Source: Mytilus trossulus (lineage: Eukaryota). From it: a stretch of 64,000 bases of DNA. The stretch spans positions 32,674,001 to 32,738,000 of the forward strand of contig NC_086380.1 of assembly GCF_036588685.1 (NCBI RefSeq), in the 5' to 3' direction. The position numbers were made by a program, and so were the translations under genes. The notes under the pieces were generated by a model. That model was given only the letters and a program-made list of their open reading frames with translations. It did no database searches and had not been told where the DNA came from. Positions 1 through 12,601 of the stretch are shown here, piece after piece. Every line of letters begins with the position of its first letter. The stretch's first letter is position 1.

Positions 1-331
1 TTTTATTATTCAAAAATATGAACTGGTTTGCTGTTCTTCTTTGAATATTACTTAGCATTTATCTATAAAGAGTCTAATTTGATAAGAAGAGGAATCCATT
101 TAAAGTATCAATAATCATTTTATGTTTACGATTCTGCATTGTTTTATAAACCCGAGCAAGACAATATCATTTATGTACTGTAAAATTTGAATAACTAACT
201 GATTGAAAAAGTTTTAAAAAGATATGGAAATTTCGGAATTTTTTAAATCTGTCTAACCGCGGGATTGCCTTTCAAATCAACATGTTTGAATTATCTAATT
301 TTATCAAACGGGGTTGTCTTCACTTTTGTAG

Positions 332-3300
332 AACACAGAATGGAAAACTTTGAGTTTTGTTTATGATGGTAAATTCCTTACAGGAAGTATAAATGGTATG
401 ACATCAAGAGTCCCACTTAGAGGTATGTGCATTATATAATACTGTAAACCAACTAATGTTTGGAACTTTAGCGAGTAGAAAAATAAGGTGGATATAAATA
501 GTTGAAAATGTTTTCTCTTTTCGACTACATAAGGTGAATGTGAAAAAAACAAATTAAAAGCGTCTCGTAAATAAAAAGAAGCGTTTATTCTCAACAAAGT
601 TTTTTTTATTTAAACCATAGATTTTTAACATCTGTATACAAGAATGAAAAAAAAAAGTCATTTAAAATTTTTATAAAAACAAGTTCAGAGTAATAATATT
701 AAAAGAGCACACTATTGTCTCATATTTTCATGACTTTTAAACTGGATGCAATGCGACGTTTAGATGAATAATTCAAACAACCGACAGAACGTTATTTGAA
801 TATCTTTCAAAATATCAGAAACGAATGTACTCTAATATATAAGCTATATTATAATATATATTTTTATGCATGGTAACTAATTAGTATATTAGATTAATGA
901 AGATGTCAACATTGTCAGGAGACACCTACCGCACATTATGCAAAACGATGGTGACCTTATCGTTTGTTAAAAAAAAACAAGCAATAAACTAATAAAATAG
1001 CCTTTAAATTTCATTTTAAAAAAGAGTATTGAGTATTTTGCAAGGTCAATTTAAATTACCGGTCAGTGACTCCGTAAAAAAAGCTATTGGTGTCTTGTAA
1101 AATTCGAATACAATATAATATTCTATGGACCCGTTTAAAGACATATATTTATTACAGGTGTAATCGAAGAAAGACCAAGTGCGCTGATACTAGGAGCATG
1201 TGATTATTTTGGTGGATTTGATGGTTTAATGGATGATGTAAGTTGAAAAAAACCAGTAGTAAACGAAGAAAACGTTTTTCAGGGAATGACGTAATAAATA
1301 TTCCCTAAAAGATTCGAAATATACACATTTGCAAGCTGCGTTTTACACCGTTTTACAAGAAAATTATCTGTGCTGAAATGAAAATTTTGTAAAAATTGAA
1401 TGGCCTTAAAACTGTCTGTCAGGAAAAAAAACATTTCACAATCATCATTCTTAAAAAAACATTTAGGTTCAACAGGCGACAGTAGTAGACCGATGAGCAA
1501 ATCCCGTCAAGAGAGTAGTAAGAGATAATTCCAAGGTAACGAACAAAAACTGAAGGAATCGTTTGCCCTTGTAAAAAAGCAATACCAATCGTCAACAGGG
1601 CAAGTGCCTCCTGATATGCAAGCTGCATCAGCCATGCAAACTTATAAGTACAAAACACAGTGTTAGTTTTTATTGTAATCATTGGTAGATAAGCTCTTTC
1701 GTTCAGATGACATGTTTTCATAAAATGAGGCAGTTATTAATATGGAAATAAAATAATTGCTTGTTGATTTACGCAAAGCACCAGTTATCACATGAATAAT
1801 AAGGACAAAGAACAAGACGAAAAGAATGGTTTTAATGAAATGCAATTAAATACATTCGATCAATAGACATGTTCAATTTTGAACAAATGAATATAAACGT
1901 TTTGGTACTGTACCATAATTCCGTTGCATTAACCAAAATTCCCACCAACAGTTTTTGTTAATATCATAAGATGCATTTTTAGAAATCCACCAAAATATAA
2001 AAAAAAATTATTCAAAATGGTGCGTTCGACTCTTTTCTGGATTTACCTTCATCATAAACACTCAACTCCGTAAAAATGGAAAGCCAATGATCTATTTATA
2101 CTTTAATACTAGAGAAGCTTATTGTCGAAACAAGACCTTAAAGGAAAGCCAAATCCGAAATAGCATGAGGAACCTCGGGGCATCCTTACACTACAACATA
2201 TAATAAGGCATTATTATTCACTAACATAACTATGGTTCTTTGTGTGTCCTAAATGATAGCAAATATATTGTCTCTTTAATAAGAAAAAAAGTGTTTTCGA
2301 TAATATTTATTGAATTTACACTTTATGATACATAAAAATAACTCAAAGACTTAAATGTGTACGCCAAACGCGCTATGTGATTACAAAAACCTCCTCAATA
2401 TCGCTCGAATCACGCAAGTTGACATGCCAATAAATAGGCAGTACGAAATAAATGATTGACAATTAGGGCTTGCAAATAATTGGGTCAACTAAGAACACAT
2501 GATAATTTATGACGAATTTATATTCTTAGAATTCGATTATACACACATGATTAAAATATACACATTGAACAGGCTTGAGAATCAATAAAACAGTCTCATA
2601 TTGTCAAGCTGTAGATATCGGCAACACTTCTGTCACCTACATAACCTAATAAGATAGCAAATCAATAAAATTTACATAAATTATAAAGAAGAAGACAGGA
2701 TTGAATGCTGAAAAAAACACCAGGTGAATTCCCGTCACAGGTTCATGTACCTATTCAAATTCATATTTTTCTTTATTGTAAAAGCATGACACATGCACAA
2801 AATATATTTTTTTGGTAAGCATTATTTCATTTTTTCGCTGACATAAGGGCAAATTATTATCTCGGGCGGAGAGTTCATATTAATTTTTGTACATGCATCC
2901 TAAACACGTTTTGTAATCCTCGGTTTTTAATGCTCGTCAACTACTTTTATATTCGAGTGTCACTGTATATTTATATTTAGCCGTAACGTACCAAATAAGA
3001 AGCCTTGTATAAATTAAAGGCAAGAAATGGTATCAACATTTTTCTATTCAGCTTGTTTTCATTATCCATAACAACCATCGCTTCACATTTACGAAATGTC
3101 ATATTTATGAAAATTCAAAAACTTCTTACAAGATTTCTTAAACACCAAATCTACTATTTGTATCATTGCTTTGATTCTTTTTTCTTTTATCTCATCATCT
3201 ATACTGCAATTATTTATAGATAAATATTAATGTATGTGATCTGTATATCCATAGAACGAAACGGATTGAAACTCTAGGCACAAATACTATTGTTCTTGCA

Positions 3301-3512
3301 AAACATGTCGAGTTTTCCTATTGCACTTATTTCTGCGTACATTCTGATTTCTGTAGCGAAATGACGACACAAAATCTTGATGATTTATAAGACTGGCTAT
3401 TTTGTTAGTATTTTCAGATTGTGTATCGGTTCACTCATATATTTGATATTAATAAAATGCTTTATCTTTTCAGGTTAAGTTGTATCTGTGTGTACCGCAT
3501 GGAATAACGTAG
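332..3512 (+). CDS. 3' part (last three exons) of a Pif/LamG3-like laminin-G domain protein; join(332..422,1158..1237,3474..3512); gene starts upstream of the window
   Basis: AG|exon|GT sites in consistent phase give NTEWKTLSFVYDGKFLTGSINGMTSRVPLR-G-VIEERPSALILGACDYFGGFDGLMDD-VKLYLCVPHGIT*. This aligns exon-for-exon (same 91-nt exon, same phases) with the last three exons of the minus-strand gene at 12602-14059. Missed by the ORF track. Confidence 0.85.
2021..2063 (-). ncRNA. Degenerate hammerhead-like motif, third family (relatives at ~32320-32364 +, ~30726-30750 +, ~16727-16741 +)
   Basis: GTGTTT-ATGATGA-AGGtaaatCCA-GAAA-AGAG-TC-GAACGC; the other copies share tgatgaaggt and/or the upstream tatttggctttgagcgttc flank. 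Confidence 0.45.
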
Positions 3513-5601
3513 TACAATGTCTACTCTATCTAGCAAATGACAATCTGTGATATTTATAAATAAGTTGACTTTCGTTGGTTGCTTTTTAAAAATCCCTTAC
3601 ACAGAAGAACCCGAAAGCGCTTTCAGTATTCACTCGAAGGACTTTGTATTAGTTGTATAAACATACACATATATATATATGATTTTTAAGCCAGCTGACG
3701 CCTCCCCCAGGTGCGGGATTTTCTCGCTGTGGTGAAGACCCATTCGGGGCATTGGGCTGATTTCTAATCACTGATCATGCTGTTGTCTCTTTGACATATT
3801 TTGAATTCTCTATTATAGCACCAACTGCATGTACATTTGTTGATATGTACGCCCATTTTGATCAAATGCAATTGATCATTATTTTTTTTCGTAAGCTGAG
3901 GTTTTGCTGTTTATAACCATAACACGGCAAACCTATTGTGTATGTGTGTTGTGAGAAAGAATTAATTTCATACATACACGAAGACGGAAGTAACTTTTCG
4001 AATTTATTTGATTTTTTTGGTGCTTTCAAATTAATATTGACTATTGTGCCCTGGGTTTTATTCAACCATATTTTATATGACAGCAGCAAAATCTATTTTT
4101 GCACGTTGCCATGGGCTCTACTCGGACTGAAAAGGGAAAAATTAATTTGACAGAAAGCAATATTTTTATTTCGAATGTTTTCGTGAGACTTTAGAAGTCG
4201 AGACGCGCCTTTCTACATTTTCAATTTGTTTCATCGAGAATGTGTATCCGAATGATATTAATGAATAAAATTCAGATTGTTACTCCCTCACCAATGTCTA
4301 AATGAAATATGCTGTATTTATTTTGGATATACAAAATTGAGATCATAATAAAAAGATACAATGTGTTCACATTATGTACGATATTCATGCAAATATAATT
4401 AAACATCATATTGTTTTATTTTTCTTATCAGCAATGGCTTTATGCCGCCAAATTACATGCATGCGCATTTCACCGTCTCAAACTCCATACTACTGTTTGT
4501 TATATCATAATTCGTATTCAAAATAAAAAAATGATATCACGTCATTGGTTGAATTTTCAAAGTTTAGAATCCTTTTAACCAATTACAATTGTTTGGCGTA
4601 ATAGTTTTTGAAGTATTTCCAATGCATTTAAATCCTCATGAATTGATGGGATTGAACTTTTATCGTTGCCATGGTCATAATTCAAATAAAACATGCATTA
4701 ACAATAGATTGTGTCCACTGAAATTATTGATTAATGAACTTATCCGAATTCGGTGATTTGAAGTTTTAAGAGTTATACAAATTTTTTAGGCTTATTAGCT
4801 TTGAGAGATTATTATATGTCATTTAATATTGGAAAAAATCGTGCCCCAATTTTAGAAGAAAAAAAATATCGGCGTGTATGATTTTAAACAGTTTTTTTGG
4901 GTATGTAAGCCAAACGAACCAACAAAAATCTACGCAGAAATATATACAAATATTACGACCATAAACAACTTAACACGATACGACACCAATTGGATAAGCA
5001 GTGTCGAATGAGACTTCGGTGGCAATAGTTGTCATCAGATATTCAAGTTTGATTTATCCAATAAAAAAGACGCATAACATTTATCTTCAAAACAACTGTT
5101 TGTTAATCTTTAGTGACTATAGCTAGCGGATGGATAGTGTCTAAAACAATAAACTTAATAATTCTTCCAGTTTACATTCAGTTTCTTTCTAGAAGATGCA
5201 CTAACAGTGGTGGGACAGCAACTATCAAATAAAAAATTCAAAAAAAATGTCAGACTTTTCTTTTTTTTCTATATAATATATTATATCGAGGTTTCAGTTT
5301 TCAAGCAGCTTAACGACTTGAATTGGTATGATGAAATTGAATTGAACTTTTAAGCGAAAACAATTTGAACTTGATTTACCGTATTCTGTCTTACATAGGT
5401 TGATTTTCTCCTTTAAATTTATATTGCAAAGCAGCTGTGCGGGTTACAGATTAAAACATAAATTCGAGCATCTTAATAATATATCAGCTCTAATGAACAA
5501 AACACAAATGTCCTGACAATAGAAATTCAACCAATGACTTAGGGATACTATTTTTGTTTACCTCAAATTGGTAATTAAAGATACCAGGCTTATAATGTTA
5601 T

Positions 5602-5645
5602 ACGTCAGACGCGCGTTTCGTCTACATAAAACTCATCATTGACGC
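5602..5645 (-). ncRNA. Hammerhead ribozyme copy with a core mutation (CUGAUGA to AUGAUGA)
   Basis: Same family and flank as 50463-50506; all stems retained. Confidence 0.7.
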
Positions 5646-7504
5646 TCAGATATTATACCTGATGAGTTGATTTCGTATATTCATTGTGTGATTGTGAACA
5701 CTCTCATCGTGTAAATTACTGGTAATATCTAAACATGAATGTTTGTAAACTTCCTCTGTTGTTGTCTCAATAAAATGATTGCCACTTTTGTTTTTCTTGC
5801 TCAGCTTTTACAGGTGGGATGATATTAGTCGAAATAAAGATTAAGAAAAGACCTGTTATAAAATCATGTAGGCACTACTTTACTTCGACTAATGTTCTAA
5901 ATCAATTTTCAACGATTTTATTTTGTATCCATTTGTTGTCTATTGGTCTTTTTCACTTTTTTTGTCGTTGCGTTATCAAATCATTTTAAGTTTGAATGTT
6001 CCTTTGGTATCATTTCTCTCTCTTTGAAGAAGGAATAAAATGACACAGCATTCATTGGACAAATACCAATTAAAAGTTATTTGGAAGTCAATTACATGAT
6101 ATATTTTGGACCTATAGCGATTTGATTTTAACATATTGTGAATGAAATGGAGATTCGTCCCATTGGCACTCTTACCACATCATCATATTTCATTTGATCA
6201 ATATCAGTATTGTAAATAAACGAAAGTTAGGCTAGAGATAAACATTGCAGAATGGAAGGTCGGTATCAAGATATCAATATTTTGATGACATTTTAATGAA
6301 TATGAAAGTAAGAGCGTATATAGACATCATAAAAGGATTGTTATCTGATACTTTCCCAAACATATATGAATTGTGCCGTGACAAAAATAGAATAAAAAAA
6401 GCAAAAATACGCGACCAAAAGAAAAACCACAGTCCAAAACAATAACCTTAAAAAATCTGAAATGGGCAATGTAAACAATAACAAAAGAGTAGGGGGATAT
6501 CATGTCATCTGGAAGGGTACGAAGGGCCTACCCAACATGCAAGACCTGTCATGTTGCTAAAGCAAAAACAAAATAACTTTAAACTTCGTTTAGGAAGGCC
6601 ACAATCGAGGAAAAACAGGTCCCAGTTCTTTTACTTTATTACCGTAAGCAAATACAGCTCTTTCAAATTACACAATATAAAAATCAAATAGACAATGTAC
6701 AGCATAATATAACATTTATACATTAGTTATACAAACCAAAGGAAGAATAAAGGAGAGTATCATATAGAGACATATTTAACTACCAAAACATTTGGATAAA
6801 TAACTATACGTGCGCTTTCAGATTTTTTATATATCTACATCTTATCTCGTTATTTTCAATTATAATCATATAATTATGTGGATTGCTTATCGACAAATGT
6901 GTTTTGATTGTTTTTCTGGTGACATCTGCTTTCATTTGTAAGCGATTTACAAGGAGATGAAATAAGACTAGACATATCAGTGTACTTGTTATTTTTATAC
7001 ATATCTATTTATATATTATACGAACAAATTGTATTCCGTGATGGCATGAATTATTACTGATGAGGTAATTACGTGGTTGTTAAATTTGATATATGTTTTT
7101 TGTGCTTCTTTGTTAAATATTTGTTTGTTTTTGTTCTGATTGAGATTGTGACATAATGGTGACTGTTGTACCCCTATTTTGACAATGTTACCTATACTGG
7201 CTGTGTTTTGTTCATGCATCGTTGTAAATATAATGGAATTTGATTTACGACTAGTGCTTTAAAACCAGATTCATTCAACCACATTCTACGAGAAATATGA
7301 CAGTTGTTGTCCATTCGTGAGATGTGTTGTATCATTTGATTTCGCTATTTGATTAGGGACATTCCATTTTGAATATTCCTGATCATTCCTTGAAGATCAG
7401 TAATTTTGTGATTTTTATTTTTTCATTAATTTTCTGCTCAGTACATATGCAAATCATGACATAAAAGACGACTTTCGTTTTTCTTTTGTTGACGAAACAC
7501 GAGT

Positions 7505-7925
7505 CTGATAGTTGAAAGTTTGATAGTTTATTAGAGAAAACTCAGCCGCAGAAGACTGCGGAACAGGATCATATTTATATACACAATATTAATTACAACA
7601 TAGTTCATAATACAAACAGAAGACATTTTTAAATTACACATCTTCAGAAATAAGTTTGTGTTTATTACAGTTTTAAATTAGACAAGCAGCTTTTTTACCT
7701 TTTGAATAAAAATTGACAGCTTAGACAGCACATTACTATTACTATATTTAAGCATGCCAAGTATTTTTTTTCATTTGGATATTTTAGACAATATGGAGGT
7801 ATGAACTTCCTTCTTAAATACTTAACTTCACAGTTGGTACATTTACATGTATAGTGGTATACATCTCCAAGACCAGCTTTACAGAGTGGACAAATCCTCT
7901 CATTTCGTGGTACATTTCTCCATCG
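7505..7925 (-). mobile_element. 5'-truncated LINE 3' end (ORF2 C-terminal CxxC..H..C zinc-finger region, RTE-X-like)
   Basis: Reverse frame RWRNVPRNERICPLCKAGLGDVYHYTCKC...RRKFIPPYCLKYPN, followed by a ccgcag/ctgcgg hairpin, AATAAA and an aactatca-type tail. Confidence 0.7.
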
Positions 7926-8886
7926 GATATGTATTTCACATTAGTGATACAAATTTATAAATTGATAAAACAACTGAAAAAATATAAATAAACTAACCCT
8001 CTCTATCTCTCTCTCCACAAATCAATACCACCATTTATTATCAATGATCCATCCCTGGATCCTACTATCCTCCGTCCACGTCTTTTTAGTTCAAAATAGT
8101 ACCATACCCAAGTCAATAACAAACATTTGATTAAAAGGTGATGAAAAATACTAACTACAACAATTAAGGGTCAGGAAAGTTAAGTGTACAAGTCATAATT
8201 CTTTATACAGTTATACCGTTTTGTTAGAACACTAATACAGATAGATTAATCATGTATTGTACGACCAACTTGATTTTCCTTATATTAATTTCGAATTTCA
8301 AAATGTTGATAGATAATATAACAAAAATATCGAACTCTGAGGAAAATTCAAAACGGAAATCACTTATCAAATGACAAATATCCAAACTCTAACACATCAA
8401 ACGAATGAAAACGAACAGCAAGTGGATTTAAGTATTGTAGCAGATTTAGAAGTTAACCGATGTTTATGTCTATATAAAAACTGAGGGAATTGTACGAACG
8501 TCAAATAGAGACACACCTGGTACATAGATGTGACATGCCAAGTCGAAAAAAATAAAACATTTCCACAGAATCACTGCGTTATAAACTTTTGTATGTTTGC
8601 GTGTCCCATTGTATCAATATTAGAGCTATTGTTCTCTGTGGATTTTTTTCAATGGGAGTTTTATTTTTCCCAATGAAAAAACTATCATTCATCCATTTAT
8701 TTATCTGAAAACGATGATTAACTTCCAGTTAGGAAAATGCACGTACCAATACTAGATAGGGACACACTACTGCGTTTGATAATGTCTATGCTTCAACGTC
8801 AAACTTATTTCTACTTTAATTGTTGTAATTTGTTGTTTAGTGTTTAACTATGTAGCAACATTTAAGTAGCGTCCGCATACGGAGTA

Positions 8887-9052
8887 CTGTGGATTCATTA
8901 TTATTCGTTGGATACCAATGTTCGTGGATTTCGTGGGAACAGTTGAACCACGAAATAAAATGTTCAACAAATGATAAATTTTCTCATGGCTTGTATGCAG
9001 ACTTTGGCAAAACCACGAAATCAAATATCCACGAAAATAAATGAATCCACAG
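8887..9052. mobile_element. MITE with TA flanks (Tc1/mariner-type)
   Basis: TA|ctgtggattcatt...aatgaatccacag|TA; partial second copy at ~57600-57712. Confidence 0.8.
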
Positions 9053-9149
9053 TATATATCTTTCAATTGATGCGATATTCTCGGGCTTGTATTTTCTTTC
9101 ATGATTTCCTTGAAAGAGGTTTACTGCTCACACGATGCTATTAAACCCA

Positions 9150-9465
9150 GATGATTTAGGATATGTTCCATACGTCCTTAACTACAAATCCCTTTCCTTT
9201 TCACAAATGTGACCTACCGAATTGGATTTGTATAGTATGAGCAACACGACAGGTGCCACATGTGGAACAGGATTTGCTAACCCTTCCTCAGCACCTGCGA
9301 TCACCCCCATTTTGATTGAGTTTCTATTGCTTAGTATTTAGTTTTCTATGTTGCTTCTTGTGTACTATTATTCGTTTGTATGTCTTTTTCTTTTTTAGAC
9401 GTGGGGTTATCAGTCTTTTTTCAACTTATGAGTTTGACTGTTCCTCTTGTATCTTTAGCCCCTAT
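9150..9465 (+). repeat. Interspersed repeat, probably the 3' part of a Penelope-like element (copies at ~43850-44185 +, ~10815-10960 -, ~51500-51620 -, ~56950-57040 -)
   Basis: Shared gtgacctaccgaatt...gagcaacacgacgggtgccacatgtgga...cggagcacc core; one copy is contiguous with the PLE RT remnant at 11040-11460. Confidence 0.6.
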
Positions 9466-10593
9466 ATAATACTTTTTTAAATTTAATTTTAAAATTGAAG
9501 ACTTTTTAACGTCACAAAAGGGTACTCCATGTGCCGCTATATAGATAATGTTCTTTTACAAAAAAAATATTTAACGTTAGAAAACTTGGTTGGTAGTTTC
9601 GATCTCGTTTAATTGTAATAAACAATACCGCTGATGCATATATTACTACTTCAGATTCTGACTTAGGTTAAGTTATTAGCAATTGTAGAACATTATGAAA
9701 GTTCATAATTTAAAAATTGATATATAATCTGTAAGCGAGAAGATTAATTCCCAAACGACCCTCATCATGTTCATTGTCAATATGAAGATGTAATAAATAC
9801 ATTCGCGGCACGGGCGGCATGATGTCGTACCAGCAGTTTTGTAGGTAATTACCATTATTTTTCTTATATTTAATAATTTGTTATTTTTTGTGTACTTTGT
9901 TATATATTACATCATTTATCGCATGCCTGTACTTGTTATATATCATATGTTCCTTTGTTTATCTACGGATCTTAAATAACTGAACTAAATTCTCGCAAAA
10001 AATTGCATCAAAAGTTACACTGAAAACGTTGTCATTATCTAAAGTAGTTGTTGCTTGACGTCAGACGATTAGTTATAACCGGAGACACAATTTAGCTGAA
10101 TACACGTTGTTTTTACATACGTTTCATAACGGTTTAGAGGTTCATACATGTTTTTGTTAGTCTTGTATTTTTTGTTGTTTAAGTTTCTTGTGTACAACTT
10201 GGAGTTTATTATGGCGTTCATTATCCCTGAACTAGTATATATATTTGTTTAGGGGCCAGCTGAAGGACACTTCCGTTTCGGGAATTGTTGCTGCATTAAG
10301 ACCTGTTGGTGACTTTCTGCTGTTGTCTGCTCTATGGTCGAGTTGTTGTCTCTTTGACATATTCCCAATTTCAATTCTTAATTTTATTCTATAGACACAT
10401 GTCTAATTTTGAAGACAGGGTGTTTCTGTCTGGTTGTATATTGAATATTATGTCGTTGGGTCGTGATTACATCACATCTCCCTTCATTAATTAATAAATT
10501 GAAAAGGAACCTTGAAAAACGTCAATTATTATAACTTTGGGTAAAAATATTAAAACAGAGGCGGAAGGTACCAACAGCAAAGTCAAACTCAAA

Positions 10594-10809
10594 CCGTATA
10601 GCGGGTTATTTTCGCGGGTGTACAATTTCGCGATTTTCATTAAACAAGGTATACGAAATATTTTAGCGGTTATTATTTTGGCGTATGAAAACTTTTATTA
10701 ATACCTTTACATGTACACCTTAAATTTGGCGGAATTTATTTTGGCGATTTTCTTCTATCCGCGAAAATAAGCGAAAATTTACACCCCGCGAAAATAACCC
10801 GCTATACGG
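10594..10809. mobile_element. MITE with ~25-bp terminal inverted repeats
   Basis: ccgtatagcgggttattttcgcggg...cccgcgaaaataacccgctatacgg|ta. Confidence 0.85.
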
Positions 10810-11039
10810 TATGTCAAAACAAACTGAGAATGCCACGAACAACTACCAACAGACAAATAACTGTCAACAAAACAAAGCATAGAAAATTAAAGACTGAGCA
10901 ATACAAATCCCACCAATTCCTGGGAAAAATATCGATCACATGTGTCAACCGTCGTGTTGCGCATGAAAGTACATATCCGGAGATTAACGTAATTCGATGA
11001 TTACCTTTTATCAAAAGAGGAAGGGATGGCGGTTACGAT

Positions 11040-11460
11040 AATTGGAACATCCGTCGTCATCGGTGAAACAGATATTTGATTCGTGTTGGCGTTCGTAGAA
11101 TAAGTCGAAGGTAGGACTTTAAATGGCACTTGTAACTCTGGGTTCAATAGCTTCTTTGTTAGAAGCAACCATCTATCAAGGAAATCTTAAGAAATTTAAG
11201 AAATGCTCAGGCCTTGAAGGCATAAAACTTTGCTCAGTGCTCGGAGCACAAAAATCATGCTTGAAACATGAAATCCAGCAATTTGATTGGTTGATTTTCG
11301 AGTCTGAGTACAAAAATCATGCTCGAAAGTTTTATGACCGTGAGGCCAGGATATCAACTGAAAGATAAATATTTCATATGCTGGCGCTGCTGGAATATTG
11401 CTACATATACATAGAAATGGAAAATCACAATTGGGAAGCCAAAATGTCACTTTTTTGTAA
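11040..11460 (-). mobile_element. Penelope-like retroelement RT C-terminal remnant
   Basis: Reverse-strand DFPFLCICSNIPAAPAYEIFIFQLI...DFLDRWLLLTKKLLN resembles the NFPFLxSNIPxxPAYGVYISQLIRY...DFLxRxxLLTxKLL motif I recall from invertebrate PLE RTs. Confidence 0.65.
11208..11349. mobile_element. MITE nested in the Penelope-like remnant
   Basis: Imperfect TIRs caggccttgaaggcataaaacttt / aaagttttatgaccgtgaggccag. Confidence 0.7.
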
Positions 11461-12601
11461 AAGTTTTGAAGGAAGTATGTAATGTTATTATCACGTGATG
11501 ACAAATGGAGAACTTTTATGAATTATCTATATGAAAATTGTCATAGGTAAAGTCTATGTAATAATTCCTCCAATTTTTTACACGAATTACAAAGCTCATA
11601 TAGCACAATACAGTGTCAATTAATAAGCATTTATTCAATAAAGGCAACAGCAGTATACCGCTGTTCGAAAATAATAAATCGAGTGGAGGAAAGATATCCA
11701 GGTTACAAACTAATACCGAGGGAAACACTTCAACGATTAGAGGAAAACAACGAAACTTCACAAACACTAAAGTGCAACAAATAAAATCCCTACTTAATAT
11801 TTCATTTTCACCATATCATTCTGTGACTGATATATTCATACAGTTAAAAAAAAGTGACATGTATATAAGGAAAACATAAAATGACAATTTCTATAAATAA
11901 GATTCATCAGACGGAATGTTCTGACCGTGCTATTTGTGTGACAGCTAGGTAAGATGGGCCAGTAAATTAAGTTATTTTGTAGACTTTTCAACACTGATTA
12001 ACATTATATCGTGAGTTTTTAACGTATACAAGTGGAATTTTAATTCAAAAACCACAAGTCTACATTAATTAAACAATAAAAAACATGTAAAATTCAAAAT
12101 AGGCATGTAATACTGTTTTATTTGCATAAAAATGATAAAAAATGAGAAATGAAGTAACAACAATATATTATAAAATAACAATATAAAAAAAATTGCTTGT
12201 TCACGATATAATGTGCGGTCTTTCGGATATATGTAGTATACCGGGTAAAATGTTTGATGGGCATACACCAAACAGAGTTTCCGTGGACATATATAGTGAT
12301 GTGATTAATATAAAATATCGAAAGGTGCATATATGATAATACGATAATCTACCTGCAGACTATTACTACTCGCGAAAATGCAAAACTTAATTCTGAATGG
12401 GACATTTTTTTCTCAGAAATAAGTGGTTGTTAAAATCTCTTAAATTCAGAAAACAAGAAAATCCAAATTCACTCGTTCTTGTCATATGAAATTCAATCAA
12501 ATGTCATTCTACGTAAAACTGCTCAACTGTTGGTCCTAAGACTGTTATTCTATCACATAAATTAACAAAGAACCAGCTCCGTTAAAAATGTTTTAAGGAT
12601 T